IMG/VR virus record: IMGVR_UViG_3300027779_000068
Location: 1-38,469 of that record
Origin: a virus
Lineage: Duplodnaviria > Caudoviricetes
Length of the DNA: 38,469 nucleotides
Direction: 5' to 3' (one strand)
Shown: one piece after another, positions 36,176-38,469 of the stretch
How the letters are laid out: each line of letters begins with the position of its first letter
Numbering within the stretch: position 1 is the first letter of the stretch
Program-made: the position numbers and the translations under genes
The notes under the pieces: generated by a model
What the model saw: only the letters and a program-made list of their open reading frames with translations
Database searches by the model: none
What the model was told of the DNA's origin: nothing

Positions 36176-36380
36176 CTTCAAAAATCTCTTTATAAACCAT
36201 TCCGCTATTATCTGAAATTGTAACTTCTGCAAGATATGAGCTCTGCTCCAGCACAGACATTCTCTCTTCTGCTCTTTTTATCAAATTCTTTAGCCCCAAA
36301 ACTTCAAATTTATATTCATGTAAATTCGATGGCTTTTTATAACCACAATATGTCAGGCTTAACTCTTCTGGCTTCTTCAT
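36162..36380 (-). CDS. Hypothetical protein, 72 aa
   Basis: GGAG SD, fills operon gap. Confidence 0.7.
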   Translation of the reverse strand: MKKPEELSLTYCGYKKPSNLHEYKFEVLGLKNLIKRAEERMSVLEQSSYLAEVTISDNSGMVYKEIFEDEKN

Positions 36381-36391
36381 GCGCTCTCCAT

Positions 36392-36604
36392 TTAGTTTGT
36401 TTCGATAATTTCAGAATCTTCTAGTGAATTTTCCAAATATGAATTGCCCTTTTGCTCTAAAGATATTTTACTGCTTTTTTCACATGAAATACACTCTGAT
36501 ATTTTATTTACATGCCGCTTTACTCTTTTCTGAAGAGATGAGTAGATCTCAAGCAGCTCCATTACTTCTTCGCAACTTTTCTTTAAAATTATTTTCACTT
36601 TCAT
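36392..36604 (-). CDS. Hypothetical protein, 70 aa
   Basis: Starts 3 nt after upstream TAG in the same frame; contains CxxC (CISC). Confidence 0.55.
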   Translation of the reverse strand: MKVKIILKKSCEEVMELLEIYSSLQKRVKRHVNKISECISCEKSSKISLEQKGNSYLENSLEDSEIIETN

Positions 36605-36607
36605 CCC

Positions 36608-36928
36608 CTATTTATTATTTTCTAGAAAAAACTGAATTTTCTCTAGAGCTATTGATGTATCATTAAAGGTTTTATTATGTTCAGATAAAATCTGCTTCAA
36701 ATCACTAATTCTTTCTTCGTTTATTTTATTTAATTCTTTAATATTTTCAAGATTATCAATTTCCAACTCTTTTATCCTCCCAGCTTGTTTTGCAAGCTTG
36801 TCCTCAAGTGTGTTTGATTTAATTATAAATTGTTTATCTTTGTACATTATCCAAAAAAATGCAAATGCAGAAACAATGCCAAACAGCCCTCCTTTTTCAA
36901 GAAGTGCCGTAACTAAAAGTGCTTCCAT
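36608..36928 (-). CDS. BhlA/UviB-like holin-type membrane protein, 106 aa
   Basis: LLEKGGLFGIVSAFAFFWIMY single TM followed by long coiled coil ending ALEKI, the layout of BhlA-type holins. Confidence 0.5.
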   Translation of the reverse strand: MEALLVTALLEKGGLFGIVSAFAFFWIMYKDKQFIIKSNTLEDKLAKQAGRIKELEIDNLENIKELNKINEERISDLKQILSEHNKTFNDTSIALEKIQFFLENNK

Positions 36929-36929
36929 T

Positions 36930-37844
36930 TTAAATTATCCTTCTAGCTCTCAGGTGCCTCAACCTTAAGAATGCTGGCGCACCACTGGTTAAATTGGTAT
37001 ATGTTCCAAATCCAACAGGACCTGGACGTATGCTCATCTTTATAAACTTCAACCTTTCCCTATAACTAGTAAGCCATGTTCCGAAGTGGGAGCTTAAGAA
37101 GTCACCAAGCGCTGGTGGCTGATAAGAAACCCCTCCATCGCTAATTGTGAAATCTCTGCCTTTCTCTATAAGTGATTGGGACGCTAGTGCGAATATATAT
37201 GCACCCTCAACTACTGCAGAAGAAAATGTAGTTTTTATAATATCATCAGAGAATCCATATGCTGTAAAATGAGGAATCATGTTAAATTCAGATAATCCCA
37301 TACATAAAAAATTTGCAAGTATCTCATTTCCAAATACATTGCAATCTTCCATTACCAATTCTCCATAACCGTCTGTGATAAAAGAACCATACTCATCTCT
37401 TTTTGGTTTTTTCCCATCTGACCTTAATCTTGCTTTCAAATACTTCATAAGAATATTTACCCCAGCAAGCTCTTCATCTGAAAAATTAAAGCTGACATCG
37501 TCCGCCAACTTAACGCTTCCTGCGGTAGTTGCCGCAGACGACGTATCTGCAACTAAAAATTTAAACTCATTTGACAGGCTAGCTCCACCGACTGTAGCCG
37601 TCCACTTATCTGTCCACAACCCTTTGTCTACAGTCTTTCCGATGCTATATGTGTATTTATAAAGACCCTCCGAAACCCTGACTACTCCGCTAGATGTGGA
37701 GCTCAAAGATGTATCGCCATCAACATCTGTTATTTGTACTTTAGGTGTACTGTCGGCATCTTTAGCCAGACCGTCTGGCCCATAGTACTGAACACTTAAG
37801 GTTATATCACCACCCCTATACACTCCATCTCTTGTTGCAGACAT
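36930..37844 (-). CDS. Putative head-tail adaptor with N-terminal Ig-like domain, 304 aa
   Basis: N-terminal beta sandwich (ITLSVQYY...GLYKYTYSI...GLWTDKWTATVGG); C-terminal helical part FGNEILANFLCMGLSEFN...AVVEGAYIFALASQ...FTISDGGVSY resembles adaptor proteins; AGGGG SD; position at head of neck module. Confidence 0.55.
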   Translation of the reverse strand: MSATRDGVYRGGDITLSVQYYGPDGLAKDADSTPKVQITDVDGDTSLSSTSSGVVRVSEGLYKYTYSIGKTVDKGLWTDKWTATVGGASLSNEFKFLVADTSSAATTAGSVKLADDVSFNFSDEELAGVNILMKYLKARLRSDGKKPKRDEYGSFITDGYGELVMEDCNVFGNEILANFLCMGLSEFNMIPHFTAYGFSDDIIKTTFSSAVVEGAYIFALASQSLIEKGRDFTISDGGVSYQPPALGDFLSSHFGTWLTSYRERLKFIKMSIRPGPVGFGTYTNLTSGAPAFLRLRHLRARRII

Positions 37845-37854
37845 AATATCCCCT

Positions 37855-38265
37855 TTAGTCTGTTGTGGTATACATGATGGACAGGACTGAGCCGTCCCTT
37901 ATTAATCCACTGTATTCGTCTGTAAATTTTATATCTTTTCCGACAATCGTGTAGTCGACCCCTCTTGTCATAAAAACCCCATCTAAATATACGAGTGCAT
38001 TAGTTGGAGTTAAATCTGTTTTAAAAGAAAGGCTCGCGGCAGAGGTAACTTGTGGTGATAAGTTTGATGTAACCAACTGGGATGTCCCAAGGTTTGAAAC
38101 CTCACTATCCTTACTAAGTGCGGTTGCTACATTCAGTTCGGACGAAGTAGACGCTTTTATCAAATATATATCAGGATCATCTTCGTCTAATACAGTTGCT
38201 TTATTATATGGCACACCCTTGATGTGTACTCCATTGAAAATATCCCCAGCTAATATATCTGACAT
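37855..38265 (-). CDS. Small beta-rich virion structural/decoration protein, 136 aa
   Basis: LVYLDGVFMTRGVDYTIVGKDIKF...DGSVLSIMY motif common in phage fibre/decoration domains; TAAGGAG SD. Confidence 0.65.
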   Translation of the reverse strand: MSDILAGDIFNGVHIKGVPYNKATVLDEDDPDIYLIKASTSSELNVATALSKDSEVSNLGTSQLVTSNLSPQVTSAASLSFKTDLTPTNALVYLDGVFMTRGVDYTIVGKDIKFTDEYSGLIRDGSVLSIMYTTTD

Positions 38266-38319
38266 GATAAACTCCTTATTTAATAAAATATAAAACTACT
38301 TAATAATATACATAAAATT

Positions 38320-38355
38320 AACAGAAACATGGGGGGAGGGATTTCCCTCCCCCCA
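38320..38355 (-). terminator. Strong GC hairpin, probable terminator
   Basis: Minus strand TGGGGGGAGGG-AAAT-CCCTCCCCCCA followed by TGTTTCTGTT, 40 nt after the stop of the partial upstream gene. Confidence 0.75.
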
Positions 38356-38395
38356 ATAATACACCACTAAACTTTAAATACAGCTCTAAGCAACA

Positions 38396-38469
38396 CTATG
38401 CTACAGACGAAGCAAGCCTTGAATAGCAAGCATAGATTACGTCTCCAGCCTGAGGAAGATCTCCTTGAT
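38396..38469 (-). CDS. 3' end of an upstream structural gene (partial)
   Basis: QGDLPQAGDVIYACYSRLASSVA* with TAG at 38398-38396; P-x-x-GD-V-I-x-x-x-Y is the usual end of the same beta domain seen in 37855..38265. Confidence 0.6.
   Translation of the reverse strand, partial: QGDLPQAGDVIYACYSRLASSVA

Larger units (their letters stand above)
1..38469 (-). mobile_element. Large myovirus-type phage neck/tail/baseplate morphogenesis module (whole window)
   Basis: About 27 co-oriented minus-strand genes with short or overlapping junctions in canonical order adaptor - neck - tail completion - sheath - tube - chaperone (frameshift) - tape measure - hub - spike; no host housekeeping genes. Very large structural genes suggest a large or jumbo genome (inference). 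Confidence 0.93.

Noticed and set aside
781-37662. All plus-strand ORFs in the track (e.g. 815..1324, 15897..16478, 24744..25256)
   Set aside because: They lie antisense to long minus-strand genes, with Ser/Ile/Pro-rich shadow composition and no recognisable motifs.
1-38469. Interpretation as a bacterial eCIS, tailocin or T6SS locus
   Set aside because: Adaptor/closure-like neck genes, G/GT frameshift and phage-style fibres with G2 chaperone favour a true phage; no AAA ATPase or T6SS membrane complex genes seen. Capsid genes are not in the window, so this is not absolutely excluded.
1-38469. Full stop-codon reassignment (TAG=Gln or TGA=Trp)
   Set aside because: Genes up to 5.5 kb are uninterrupted in the standard code and all three stops end genes at sensible boundaries.
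1-38469. CRISPR array, rRNA, IS element or integrase
   Set aside because: No spaced repeats or recognisable genes; intergenic gaps are all under about 135 nt.

Overview
The whole window is one co-directional (minus-strand), densely packed virion morphogenesis module of a large contractile-tailed (myovirus-type) phage using the standard genetic code. Reading right to left: two small beta-rich virion proteins, a putative head-tail adaptor, small membrane proteins and an HExxH metallopeptidase, an Ig-decorated Zn-finger neck protein, a holin/spanin-like cluster, two giant paralogous fibre/appendage proteins (1837 and 1404 aa), tail completion protein, a very large tail sheath (1176 aa), tail tube plus terminator, tail assembly chaperone with a clear -1 programmed frameshift, a short tape measure (628 aa), tube initiator, giant baseplate hub (1694 aa), spike (795 aa), and a >1704-aa ORF missed by the ORF track (1..5112, runs off the window) carrying a long hydrophobic Cys-rich helical block. 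The most notable points are that hidden giant ORF, the fibre paralog pair with ~90% identical N-terminal DNA but different C-terminal modules (peptidase-G2-like versus an uncharacterised 'VIC' domain), the nested sheath insertions, and an in-frame TAG junction between hub and spike. All plus-strand ORFs appear to be antisense shadows. Functional calls rest on motif recognition and gene order only; no searches were run.
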